A stretch of 64,000 nucleotides of DNA from contig CBDATS010000005.1 of NCBI GenBank assembly GCA_965200245.1, forward strand, positions 256,001 to 320,000. The letters run 5' to 3'. This DNA comes from a bacterium. GTDB taxonomy: Bacteria; UBA8248. Position 1 is the first letter of the stretch, and each line of letters starts with the position of its first letter. The position numbers were made by a program, and so were the translations under genes. The notes beneath the pieces are model-generated. The model did no database searches. It worked only from the letters and a program-made list of their open reading frames with translations, and was not told the origin of the DNA. This document shows positions 30,957 through 40,078 of this stretch, one piece after another.

Positions 30957-31166
30957 AATAGAACTCCTTCATGATTATACCCTGAACAAACCAGGCAAAA
31001 TCAGTATAACTTCCATTCCTTGCATCATCTCACCAAGCTACATCTGCATTGATTAGTCAGGGACATAATTCCCCCTCGCGATTCGCTCATCCCCTAGTCA
31101 CGGCATTTGCATTATGGTATTTTAATTTGAGCTTATTCACAATTCGCATACAACGAGAGACATGTC

Positions 31167-32792
31167 ATGACCACATATGCTGACGTGGTTGCGGACGTTC
31201 TTGAGGACGCAGGCATCGAGTTTATATTTGGGGTGCCTGGAAGCTTAAGTTCAGTCGAACTCATCGAAGCCGCCAGAAAACGCGACATTCGCTACATCCT
31301 TTGCAGTAACGAGAGCAGCGCTGCCGTGATGGCGGGGACATACGGAATCATGACGAGGCGGCCAGGAGTCGTCAGCACAGGAGTCGGTCCGGGGGCGGCT
31401 GCCGTCCTCCACGGCGTGGCAAACAATTTCCTGGAACGCGCACCATGCCTTATTTTGACCGACCGCTTCTCTGATGAACAGTTCCGCCGTCAAGGCAGGC
31501 AAAGGCTTGATCAGGATCGGTTGCTGCGCCCCATTACAAAAGCCACCTTCAAACTCGCGAAGGATAACGCGGCGGTAGTCATCAGACGGGCACTGACTCT
31601 GGCCAACGAAGGGAGGCCGGGGCCCGTACATGTGGATCTCCCGTACGACGTAATGCAGGCGAGCGCAGGAAAAGATGATTTCCCTCCTAAAGAGGACCCT
31701 CAGAAATATATTGGACGCATCGGGTCGGCTCACCCGGGAATCCGCACTACTCTCAAGGCGATCTCGGAGTCGAGCAACCCGATAGTGATCGCGGGGTTGC
31801 AGGTAAACCGATCGGGAGAAGAGGCGAAAAAAGAGTTCGTTTCTTTCGCCGAAAAACTCGGAGCTCCCGTTCTCGCCGCACCCTCTGCGAAGGGCGTGTT
31901 GCCGGAACACCACCCCCTCGCCATGGGTACCTTCCGGGGTGCTCCATCAGAACGGGAATTGATCGACAAGTCGGACCTGTTCATCTTGGTAGGCTTCGAT
32001 ACGGTAGAAGTATTCGCTCCCGGACATTGGGACTATTCCCAACGGGTGATCAATCTGGACGAAGTACCTCACCTTGATGACTTGATTCGCCCGGAAATCG
32101 AAGTCGTCTCAAATCTGGCAGACATACTCAGGGAATTGAGCGTTTCGGTCCCGGCCAACCATGCCTGGAACACCGAAGAGATGGATTCCTACAAGAAAAT
32201 GCGACAATCCGCGTTGTTCCCAACCGGAGAAGGCTTGATGCCCGGAGCCGTGATTCGGGTTGCGCGGGAATGCTTGCCCAACAACGGCATCATGACCGCG
32301 GATGCGGGAAGCCACAAGGTACTGGCCAACGATATCTGGGAGACGAGACGTCCTTTGGGTTATATGACCTCCAGCGGACTTGGTTCCATGGCAGTCGCCA
32401 CACCAGCCGCCATGGCCGCCAAACTGGTAGAACCGGATACGCCCGTTGTTTGCCTTACCGGGGATGGTGGCTTTCTGATGCGGATTGGCGATATGGAGGT
32501 CGCCGTTCGAGAAAACATCCCTTTCGTCACTGTCGTATTTAACGACCGCTACCTGAATCTGATTAAAATCAAACAAGACAACCGTTCTTTCCCCCGACTC
32601 GGGACGGAGTTCCGGGATTCAGACTATTCTGCAGTGGCGAGAGGACTGGGTTGTGAGGGAGAAAGGGTTGCATCAGAGGAAGAGTTGAGAAACGCGCTCG
32701 GTAACGCTTTTGCATCGGACAAACCCTGGGTCATCGACGCCGCAATCAACCCCGACGGCTATGTGGCTTCAAAAGATGTCCGCGCAGAATAA
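31167..32792 (+). CDS. Thiamine pyrophosphate-dependent enzyme (acetolactate synthase-like)
   Basis: FGVPG, NESSAA, GPG, GDGG..N TPP motif. Confidence 0.88.
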   Translation: MTTYADVVADVLEDAGIEFIFGVPGSLSSVELIEAARKRDIRYILCSNESSAAVMAGTYGIMTRRPGVVSTGVGPGAAAVLHGVANNFLERAPCLILTDRFSDEQFRRQGRQRLDQDRLLRPITKATFKLAKDNAAVVIRRALTLANEGRPGPVHVDLPYDVMQASAGKDDFPPKEDPQKYIGRIGSAHPGIRTTLKAISESSNPIVIAGLQVNRSGEEAKKEFVSFAEKLGAPVLAAPSAKGVLPEHHPLAMGTFRGAPSERELIDKSDLFILVGFDTVEVFAPGHWDYSQRVINLDEVPHLDDLIRPEIEVVSNLADILRELSVSVPANHAWNTEEMDSYKKMRQSALFPTGEGLMPGAVIRVARECLPNNGIMTADAGSHKVLANDIWETRRPLGYMTSSGLGSMAVATPAAMAAKLVEPDTPVVCLTGDGGFLMRIGDMEVAVRENIPFVTVVFNDRYLNLIKIKQDNRSFPRLGTEFRDSDYSAVARGLGCEGERVASEEELRNALGNAFASDKPWVIDAAINPDGYVASKDVRAE

Positions 32793-32813
32793 TACAGAAA
32801 AATGAAAAATAGC

Positions 32814-32831
32814 TTGACATGAACTTGTCAA
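32814..32831. promoter_or_regulatory. Perfect palindrome TTGACA-N6-TGTCAA upstream of the cold-shock gene (operator and/or -35 box)
   Basis: TTGACATGAACTTGTCAA read directly from the sequence. Confidence 0.5.
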
Positions 32832-32962
32832 AAACACATTGTATACGTATAGATGCAAAATTTATCAGAGACTTGTATTTTTCTTTTCCTCTAAACGTCC
32901 AGGAGGGTAGCTGGGCATTATATCCTCGACCTCATAGGGGTCTTGAGAAGGAGGATAGCTAG

Positions 32963-33169
32963 ATGCCAGACGGAACTGTGAAGTGGTTTAGCGACAAAAA
33001 GGGATATGGTTTTATTTCCCGAGAAGGTGTTGATGACATTTTTGTTCACTTCTCAGCCATTGTTGCGGATGGGTTCAAGTCTCTGAAAGAAGGTGAAAAG
33101 GTCATATTCGAGATTACCCAAGGCCCCAAAGGGCTTTAGGCGGCGAATGTAGTCAAACAAGAAGAATAG
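32963..33169 (+). pseudogene. csp: Cold-shock protein (CspA family) with in-frame TAG at codon 59
   Basis: [36 protein letters not shown]; AAGGAGG RBS; absent from the ORF track. Confidence 0.9.
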
Positions 33170-33213
33170 CTTCCCTTTCCATCATCTCATCAGATTTCAA
33201 TCGGGCAGAACTA

Positions 33214-34566
33214 TCAGCTAACTCCGATATATTCCAAGACCGCCTGTGCAGCCTTATCTCCGCTTAGCACGGCGCCTTCCACGGTGGCAGGCAGACCTGT
33301 GCGAGTCCAATCTCCAGCTACAAAAAACCCTTCTATCGGGGTTTTCGTATCTATACGATAAGCTTGTTCCGTCACTCCGTTCGCCCAGGTAGCCGCACGT
33401 TCCCGCACCACCAGAATTTCCTGAATGCATATATCGGGAATCATTCGTTTCAGGCAATTTCTTGCGGACAACTCCATGGCCTGCCGATCTCCGGAAGCGA
33501 TGGAATCTTCCGCCCCTGCCAACAGACAAACCAGGTTTTTCTCGTCTTCGCTTTCAATATGAGGGCGAAACAACCAGTCCCATTCTTCGTTCACAATTGC
33601 TTCAAAAGGAGGTCCTTCGTCCGCTCCTTCAAGCCGACAATATGCGCTGGCGATAGGTCCCGGACGAAGTTTCTCCAGACCCGAAAAAGGTGTTGACTCC
33701 CTGAGTTCGTTGCCAAGCAATTTTCCTAGAGCATCAGGCGGAACGGCGGAAATGACTGCAGCTGCATGCAATACTACGCGCTCTTTCAAAATCACGCCTT
33801 GAATTAGCCCATTATCAAAGTCAAAGCCGAGCACGGGCTGTTGAAGTCTCACCTCACCGCCGAGTCTCTGGATGCTTTGCGCCGCTCTCCTCGCCCATAA
33901 TGCACCCAATGCCTTCATCGGTACCCCCAACGCGGCTCCTTTGGGACCATCGGCGAAGGCTTCCTGGATAACCGCTTTGAATAACTCCGCACTCCCCTGC
34001 TCCAGAGGCAAATTCAATACCGCGCGTGCAAACGGCTCCCAAAACCAGGACACCGTCTCATCCCTCTGGCCAAGGCGCCCGAGCATTTCATCCATAGATT
34101 CATTCGGGTGTGTACCATTCGGTTCAGAAGTTATCTTCGACAGGCCGTACAGAAGTTTCACTTTGTCCCAAAAGCGGGGCCCCCGCCATATGAGTAAGCC
34201 CCATAGTTGCGCTAAAACCCCTCCGTCCTCTGCAAAAAACAATTGCGTGCGTTTGACCGACTCCGCTTCCCAAATTCGGTAATTCACTTCCAGGGAGGGG
34301 GAGAACAAAACATCATCAGCGGCACCGACTCTTTGCAGCAATGAGCGCAACGCTGGATTGGCCGCCATGAACAGATGAGGGCCCCAATCCAGTTCCATGC
34401 CCGTACGGGAGTGAATAAAGCTTCGTGCCCGGCCGCCAAGATATTTCCCCGCCTCAAGCACAATTACCTTGACACCCGATTCAGCAAGGCGTAATGCGGC
34501 GGACAACCCAGCGGCGCCGCCTCCGATAACGACAACTGGTCGTTCGAATCCGCCAGTTTCAACCAT
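33214..34566 (-). CDS. hpnE: Hydroxysqualene dehydroxylase
   Basis: GGGAAGL..GGRARSF, AGDWTRTGLPATVEGAVLSG; abuts hpnCD. Confidence 0.88.
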   Translation of the reverse strand: MVETGGFERPVVVIGGGAAGLSAALRLAESGVKVIVLEAGKYLGGRARSFIHSRTGMELDWGPHLFMAANPALRSLLQRVGAADDVLFSPSLEVNYRIWEAESVKRTQLFFAEDGGVLAQLWGLLIWRGPRFWDKVKLLYGLSKITSEPNGTHPNESMDEMLGRLGQRDETVSWFWEPFARAVLNLPLEQGSAELFKAVIQEAFADGPKGAALGVPMKALGALWARRAAQSIQRLGGEVRLQQPVLGFDFDNGLIQGVILKERVVLHAAAVISAVPPDALGKLLGNELRESTPFSGLEKLRPGPIASAYCRLEGADEGPPFEAIVNEEWDWLFRPHIESEDEKNLVCLLAGAEDSIASGDRQAMELSARNCLKRMIPDICIQEILVVRERAATWANGVTEQAYRIDTKTPIEGFFVAGDWTRTGLPATVEGAVLSGDKAAQAVLEYIGVS

Positions 34567-36726
34567 TTATGATTCCAGAACGCAGCGAAACGCTTCCTGC
34601 AGTTTTTCCCTGGGTTTCAAGGAAGGGCGGTAATCCATGTGTCGAAATTGATTCTGTTCTATCTCGTTCAATAGTCTTTCGTATATTCGGCCCATAATTC
34701 TGGCGGGAAGAAGGTTCTTCCCTTTCTCACGGTGGAAGGCCTCATTCGCTCTTTCGAAATATGCACGCGCCCGACCCGCAAAAACCCGAAGAAGACACAG
34801 AACCTGGGAAGTATCATTTTTGTCTCTGAAATCGGCAACCGTTACCCCATATTTCTCCATTTCACTTCGTGGGATATAAAAGCGTTCCTCTTCGGCATCT
34901 TGCCAAACGTCTCTCAAAATGTTCGTCATCTGCAGCGCCCTTCCCAAACAAATGGCATATTCCCTGGCAAATTCCGATTTCGCGCCAAAGATGCCCAGGC
35001 ACGCCAACCCTACGGCAGACGCCACCTTGTCGCAATAATTTTCAAGATCCGAGAAACTTTCTATTCGACCACCTTCTAAATCCATCGCCACGCCGTCGCA
35101 AATCGCCCGGAAATGCTCGGACGGCAATTCATATTTTCGCGCCGCCCATGCAAGTTCTGCGATTATCGGGTGAGATGGTCTCTCATTGTTCAATTGATTC
35201 AACGCCTCCTTCCATTCACGCAAAGAGGCTCTTTTACCGGATATCTCACCCGGCTCATCGGCAATGTCGTCGGCCATGCGGCAATATGCATAGACCGCCA
35301 TGATGGCGCGTCTTTTCTCTACAGATAAACTGAAAAAGGACAGATGAAAATTCGACTGGCTCGCGCGAATGAACCAACGACAGAATAGGCGATTCAACTC
35401 TTCTTCGGCATACCTGTCCACTCTGGATTCAAGTCGATAGACAGGGCGAAACGCAGCAAGCAGAGATTTGGCCTTACCCCAGCCACTCAAAAGCGGCGAA
35501 CCGGCGCATACGTTCCATTGCACTCGGGAAATAGCCTCCAGCGCCGCAACACCACCACGCCAAATCGCACGAAGCTCTCGGCCCAATGCGCCTCGTGTGC
35601 GATACAACAGGGGCAAACCTTGTTTGAAAAGGCGCTTTGTCCTGTTTATCTGAAAGACCAGAAACGCCCGTAGCTGAGGTGACGCAACATCTGAGAGCAA
35701 ATCATTCTCGGAGACGCCGAATCTTTTCATCTCATCCTGTGGCATGTAGACGATGCCGCGCTCGGCGTCTTCTTTCACATCTTGCAAGTGATTCGCAATC
35801 TGCAAGGCAGTGCATATGGCGTCCGATGCGCGAAGTGCCGCTTCATCACGTATCCCATGCAACATGAGAACGATTCGCCCGACAGGATCCGCTGATCGGC
35901 GGCAATAATCGAGCAAGGCCTCATAGTTCGGATACCGGAGAACCGTAACATCTTGCTTGAACGCCGAGAGAAGATCCAGAAAAGGCTGCTGGGGCAAATC
36001 GAATTTTTGAATCGTGTCGGAGAGCGCAATGAAAACGTCCGTTTCCGCGACTCCTTGCGAAGCCGCTACGAGGTCTTTCTCCCATTCATCAAGGCCTGCG
36101 AGGCGCTCACCGACGGGCCCGGCCGTATCCGCGATGTCATCTGCGCCTCTAGCGAACGCGTATACTGCTGCGACGTGCGGCCTTATCTTCGCGGGCAACA
36201 ACTTAGAGGCAACGGGAAAATTCTCGTAATGGCCAACCACGATTTTCATGCACGTATCGTAAGCGGCGCTCAAGTCAATCTCGGTATCGAATTTCGCTTC
36301 TTCATCCGAATACCGTATTTTTTCGTCTTTCATGAGAGATTGAATCAACTGCGCATCCCCGGGCAGGAAATCGAAATCGCCCAAAACGGAAGAATACACC
36401 CATTGGTGTCTCGCCACTCCCAAATTGCTCGCCACCCCGCTTATCCATTCGCAATCATAAAACCGTAGATGAACGTCTCTATCGGGATAGCGATGGCGAT
36501 TCTCCCAATGCAGACGGCCCACGCGCACCTCGATACCGAGTTCCTCGGAAATCTCGCGGCTCAGGGCTTCCCGGGGGCTTTCGCCATCCTTGATTTTGCC
36601 GCCAGGAAACCCCCAAAAACCCGGCATATGTCCTCCCTCGGGACGCTGACAAATGAGAATTCGCCCTTCATGTCGGATAATACCGGCGACGACGCTTAAC
36701 TCAGAGGTTGCAGTTTCGCCCTTCAT
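34567..36726 (-). CDS. Nudix (MutT-like)-HpnC-HpnD triple fusion
   Basis: Nudix box FPGGKIKDGESPREALSREISEELG; HpnC HYENFPVAS..YAFARGADDIAD; HpnD SNF..YAYCRMADDIAD..LQMTNILRDV. Confidence 0.88.
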   Translation of the reverse strand: MKGETATSELSVVAGIIRHEGRILICQRPEGGHMPGFWGFPGGKIKDGESPREALSREISEELGIEVRVGRLHWENRHRYPDRDVHLRFYDCEWISGVASNLGVARHQWVYSSVLGDFDFLPGDAQLIQSLMKDEKIRYSDEEAKFDTEIDLSAAYDTCMKIVVGHYENFPVASKLLPAKIRPHVAAVYAFARGADDIADTAGPVGERLAGLDEWEKDLVAASQGVAETDVFIALSDTIQKFDLPQQPFLDLLSAFKQDVTVLRYPNYEALLDYCRRSADPVGRIVLMLHGIRDEAALRASDAICTALQIANHLQDVKEDAERGIVYMPQDEMKRFGVSENDLLSDVASPQLRAFLVFQINRTKRLFKQGLPLLYRTRGALGRELRAIWRGGVAALEAISRVQWNVCAGSPLLSGWGKAKSLLAAFRPVYRLESRVDRYAEEELNRLFCRWFIRASQSNFHLSFFSLSVEKRRAIMAVYAYCRMADDIADEPGEISGKRASLREWKEALNQLNNERPSHPIIAELAWAARKYELPSEHFRAICDGVAMDLEGGRIESFSDLENYCDKVASAVGLACLGIFGAKSEFAREYAICLGRALQMTNILRDVWQDAEEERFYIPRSEMEKYGVTVADFRDKNDTSQVLCLLRVFAGRARAYFERANEAFHREKGKNLLPARIMGRIYERLLNEIEQNQFRHMDYRPSLKPREKLQEAFRCVLES

Positions 36727-36741
36727 TCCACCTCCGTGGAC

Positions 36742-37551
36742 TCAACTCCCCGCACCTTCAGGTCCTGCATGTTTCGGCAATCTTCGCAAGACACTGGAAA
36801 ACACAGTGGGCTCCGCCAATGGCAACGCCTCAATCAACTCTTTTTCATCCAAAAAATACTCACCCGGCAAAACCAATCCCGGCATCCGCAGCTTGAGCGA
36901 ACCTTCCGAAAACGGCCATGGGGATATTTCGAGATCGTCCATACCTGCGATTCTTACTTTCAAACCACTTTGCGTCAAAGGATGGACGGCGCCGTCGTCG
37001 GGAGGAGTGATTTCGGGCGCTCGACACGCCAGCAGAGACAATGTATCACAAACCCTGAGCAATGCCACAGAATTTTTGATCGCTCCCTTGTACTCCGGAT
37101 CAATGAGGGCAACCAACTTCTCGCGCCGTTTCGATTCAGTGCGAATGAAACCATTCAGCACTTTTGACACTTCCAGCGGAGCACCTCTCCGTCCTCCCTC
37201 GGCGAGTGAAGAGAAGTGCATGCTTACCAGACAACCCGAAAACGGATGGAAAGATGCGCAAGAATCAATGCCCTCTGACCATATCTCCACCGCCTTGTCC
37301 GCCGTTATACCGAAAAAACTGTAAGGCAGCCTCGTCAGAGCGTCCCATTTTGGCGTGGCGTCAGAACGACACCACCCGACGTCATGATTGTCGACGGCAA
37401 ACAAAACTTTCTCTCTCAGTTCATCCGGCGGTGAGGGAAGTGACTCCACACCTATCCAGTTTCGCGCAATCGTTCCTGCGGCCCGGGCGTGATCGTGCTG
37501 GCTGATGAGGCGGACATGATTATCTCGTGGACTGACTATCATATGAGCCAC
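36742..37551 (-). CDS. DUF3891 family protein
   Basis: ISQHDHA..G, HDVGW, SMHF, CDTLSL. Confidence 0.8.
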   Translation of the reverse strand: MAHMIVSPRDNHVRLISQHDHARAAGTIARNWIGVESLPSPPDELREKVLFAVDNHDVGWCRSDATPKWDALTRLPYSFFGITADKAVEIWSEGIDSCASFHPFSGCLVSMHFSSLAEGGRRGAPLEVSKVLNGFIRTESKRREKLVALIDPEYKGAIKNSVALLRVCDTLSLLACRAPEITPPDDGAVHPLTQSGLKVRIAGMDDLEISPWPFSEGSLKLRMPGLVLPGEYFLDEKELIEALPLAEPTVFSSVLRRLPKHAGPEGAGS

Positions 37552-37775
37552 CAGAAAACGGCGGAGACTATACTCCCAATCCGTGAATTATCTCGATCCA
37601 AGAGTCCTTTCCAACATTGTATTTCGCAAATAAAAAATGCAACAACCACCATAGCGGCAAGTAAAGAAAAACAAGTAAATCCGTCATCCACTTGAACAAG
37701 TGCAAGAAAAACACATATTTTTGCTACAGAACAGTATATCGCCTTGTCTTGGGAATAAGGAACTCTCGCCAAACC

Positions 37776-39212
37776 ATGAATCCAGACCATTCCCGGAAGG
37801 ACCCTAGCTCAGTCGGCCTCACGGAAACACGGACACTCTCCCTTTCCGGGCCGTTTCGTACCAATGCGGGAGAAACATTGCCCGAAGTCCAGGTTGCCTA
37901 TGAAACATATGGCGAACTGTCCCCGAGTGGCGATAACGCTGTGTTGGTTATTCACGCGCTAACGGGCGACGCGCACGCAGCCGGTTTCCACACCCCACAC
38001 GATCCTCGGCCGGGCTGGTGGGACCCCATGATAGGCCCCGGCAAGGCCATAGACACCCGGAAATATTTTGTCGTCTCCTCCAACAATCTGGGCGGATGCT
38101 CGGGGACCACTGGTCCTTCCTCGATCAATCCCGCCACAGGAAGCGCCTATAACACCAATTTTCCCGTCATTACGGTAGAGGACACGGTTCGCGTGCAAAG
38201 GCTGCTCCTCGAACGTCTGGGCGTGAAACGCCTCAAAACAGTTATTGGCGGCTCGCTCGCCGGAATGCAGACCCTGGAATGGGGACTGCGCTACAGTGAA
38301 TTTTGCGACTCCGTCATTCCGGTGGCTGGAGCCGCGCGCCTGGATCCGATGGGAATCGCCTGGGACAAGATCGCCCGCAGGGCCATCACAGCGGACAGCG
38401 ATTGGAAAGACGGCTATTACGCCGCCGGAAAAGGGCCACGCAAAGGCCTGAGCGCGGCGCGCATGCTGGCCCACATCACCTACCTGAGCAAAGAAATCAT
38501 GTGGGAAAAATTCGGCCGCGAGATCAGGGACAAGAACAAGATGCTTGAAGACATCACTTCGTGTTTCGAGGTGGAAAGCTATCTGGAACACCAAGGAGAT
38601 AAATTCGTCGATCGTTTCGACGCAAATTCGTATCTATACATATCCCGCATGATGGACCTTTATGACGCCTCCCTTGGTTTTGAGACCCTTGAGGCGTCGC
38701 TCTCGCGGTTGAATACGAAATGCCTGCTCGTATGCTTCATATCCGATTGGCTCTTCCCGCCGGAAAGAAGCATGGAAATTGCGCAAGTCCTTCAAAAACT
38801 GGGCCGTGAATTGGAGTTGCATACGGTGGAATCAACCTACGGACACGATGCGTTTCTGGTCCAATACGACAAGCTAACCGAAATCGTCGGCGGATTTCTC
38901 AAAAGACTCGAAAACGGCGGACCGATTGGTATCCACGCCACTCCCATACCACCAGGTTGCAAACGGTTGGTTCTCTCAGTTCCGAGCCATCTCGTGCAGA
39001 AACCCATTTTGTGGGAACTGGGCCGAAAACATTCGTTTTCCATCAACATCATGAGGAGCGAACTGGATGCCCAATCGGGGTGGCAAGTATGCGAATTCGA
39101 TGGAAACGAGAAAGAAATCGCAGAGGCGATACTGGAACTCCGCAATATGGGCATTTGGATCGACCCGGGAGGGCATGACGCCATCGACCATGACCGTGCC
39201 GAAGTGGTATAA
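37776..39212 (+). CDS. metX: Homoserine O-acyltransferase with C-terminal NIL-like domain
   Basis: HALTGD, GGSLAG nucleophile elbow, RFDANSY, GHDAFL; C-terminal KPILWEL..INIMRS..G..EFDG. Confidence 0.9.
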   Translation: MNPDHSRKDPSSVGLTETRTLSLSGPFRTNAGETLPEVQVAYETYGELSPSGDNAVLVIHALTGDAHAAGFHTPHDPRPGWWDPMIGPGKAIDTRKYFVVSSNNLGGCSGTTGPSSINPATGSAYNTNFPVITVEDTVRVQRLLLERLGVKRLKTVIGGSLAGMQTLEWGLRYSEFCDSVIPVAGAARLDPMGIAWDKIARRAITADSDWKDGYYAAGKGPRKGLSAARMLAHITYLSKEIMWEKFGREIRDKNKMLEDITSCFEVESYLEHQGDKFVDRFDANSYLYISRMMDLYDASLGFETLEASLSRLNTKCLLVCFISDWLFPPERSMEIAQVLQKLGRELELHTVESTYGHDAFLVQYDKLTEIVGGFLKRLENGGPIGIHATPIPPGCKRLVLSVPSHLVQKPILWELGRKHSFSINIMRSELDAQSGWQVCEFDGNEKEIAEAILELRNMGIWIDPGGHDAIDHDRAEVV

Positions 39213-39297
39213 AAAATCGCTGCCTGTTACATATTCAACGGCGTTTTCTAGAGACTCGTTAATTGAGATTCGTTAGAGCACAGACGGAGGCAACCCC

Positions 39298-39930
39298 ATG
39301 AGTGAGTTGAAGGAGCCAATCGTAGTCGTGAAATACTCGGATTACACATGACCTTTTTGCTATGTCGCCACCGTCGGTGGCACGCCCGTGATTGAGAAAG
39401 ACCCCGACGTCGTAGTCGAGTGGGTTAGTTGGGAAGGGAGACCCCCTGGCCAGGAGTTCGCCGGCTACTCACCGGAGCAGAAACAGGAAAATTACGATAA
39501 TAATCACAAACCTCTCGCCGAGAAATACAACGTGCCCATCCGGTTAGCGGGAGGCGACTACCGCACGACCAATCTCCACATGGCCACTTATTATGCGCGG
39601 GACAAGGGGAAGTTCAAGGAGTTTCGGGATCGCTGCTATAAGGCCCGCTGGGAAGATGACCTAAACCTCGAAGACCTGGACGTCATCGCCGGGCTCGGTG
39701 AGGACGTGGGCCTGGACGGCGAGGAAATCAAAAGCGTCATTGCCGAGGGACGCTACATCGGCGCGTTGCACAGCCAGCGTGCGCAAGGGAAAAGCCTCGG
39801 TATCTTCGGCATCCCCACGTTTGTAGTGGAAGGGAAGCTCTTTTGGGGCAAAGACGTCATCGACGACGTTAAGGTCGAGGTTGCCCGTGTGAAACAAGAG
39901 CGGATCGCCAAGGAAAAAGAAGGGAACTGA
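39298..39930 (+). CDS. DsbA/FrnE-like selenoprotein (UxxC; Sec at codon 18, TGA 39349-39351)
   Basis: GGAGG RBS + MSELKEPIVVVKYSDYT-TGA-PFCYV, in frame with the downstream ORF; GIFGIPTF..LFWG. Confidence 0.9.
39364..39383 (+). promoter_or_regulatory. Putative SECIS hairpin
   Basis: GU-C(bulge)-GCCACC-GUC-GGUGGC-AC, spanning +13 to +32 after the UGA. Confidence 0.62.
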
Positions 39931-39970
39931 CCCACGCTGCCGGTAGCTCGTTCGTTCACAAGGAGAAACG

Positions 39971-40001
39971 AAACACCCTGCCTGTCAGGCGGGGTGTTTT
40001 T
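39971..40001 (+). terminator. Rho-independent terminator
   Basis: AAACACCCTGCCT-GTC-AGGCGGGGTGTTT followed by TT. Confidence 0.75.
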
Positions 40002-40078
40002 CGCTTGCCTTTTTGCCCTTTCATCCCAGATTCGATAAGGTGCGCGTTCTGCGTTCCCTATTTTGAGGAGAAAACCCG

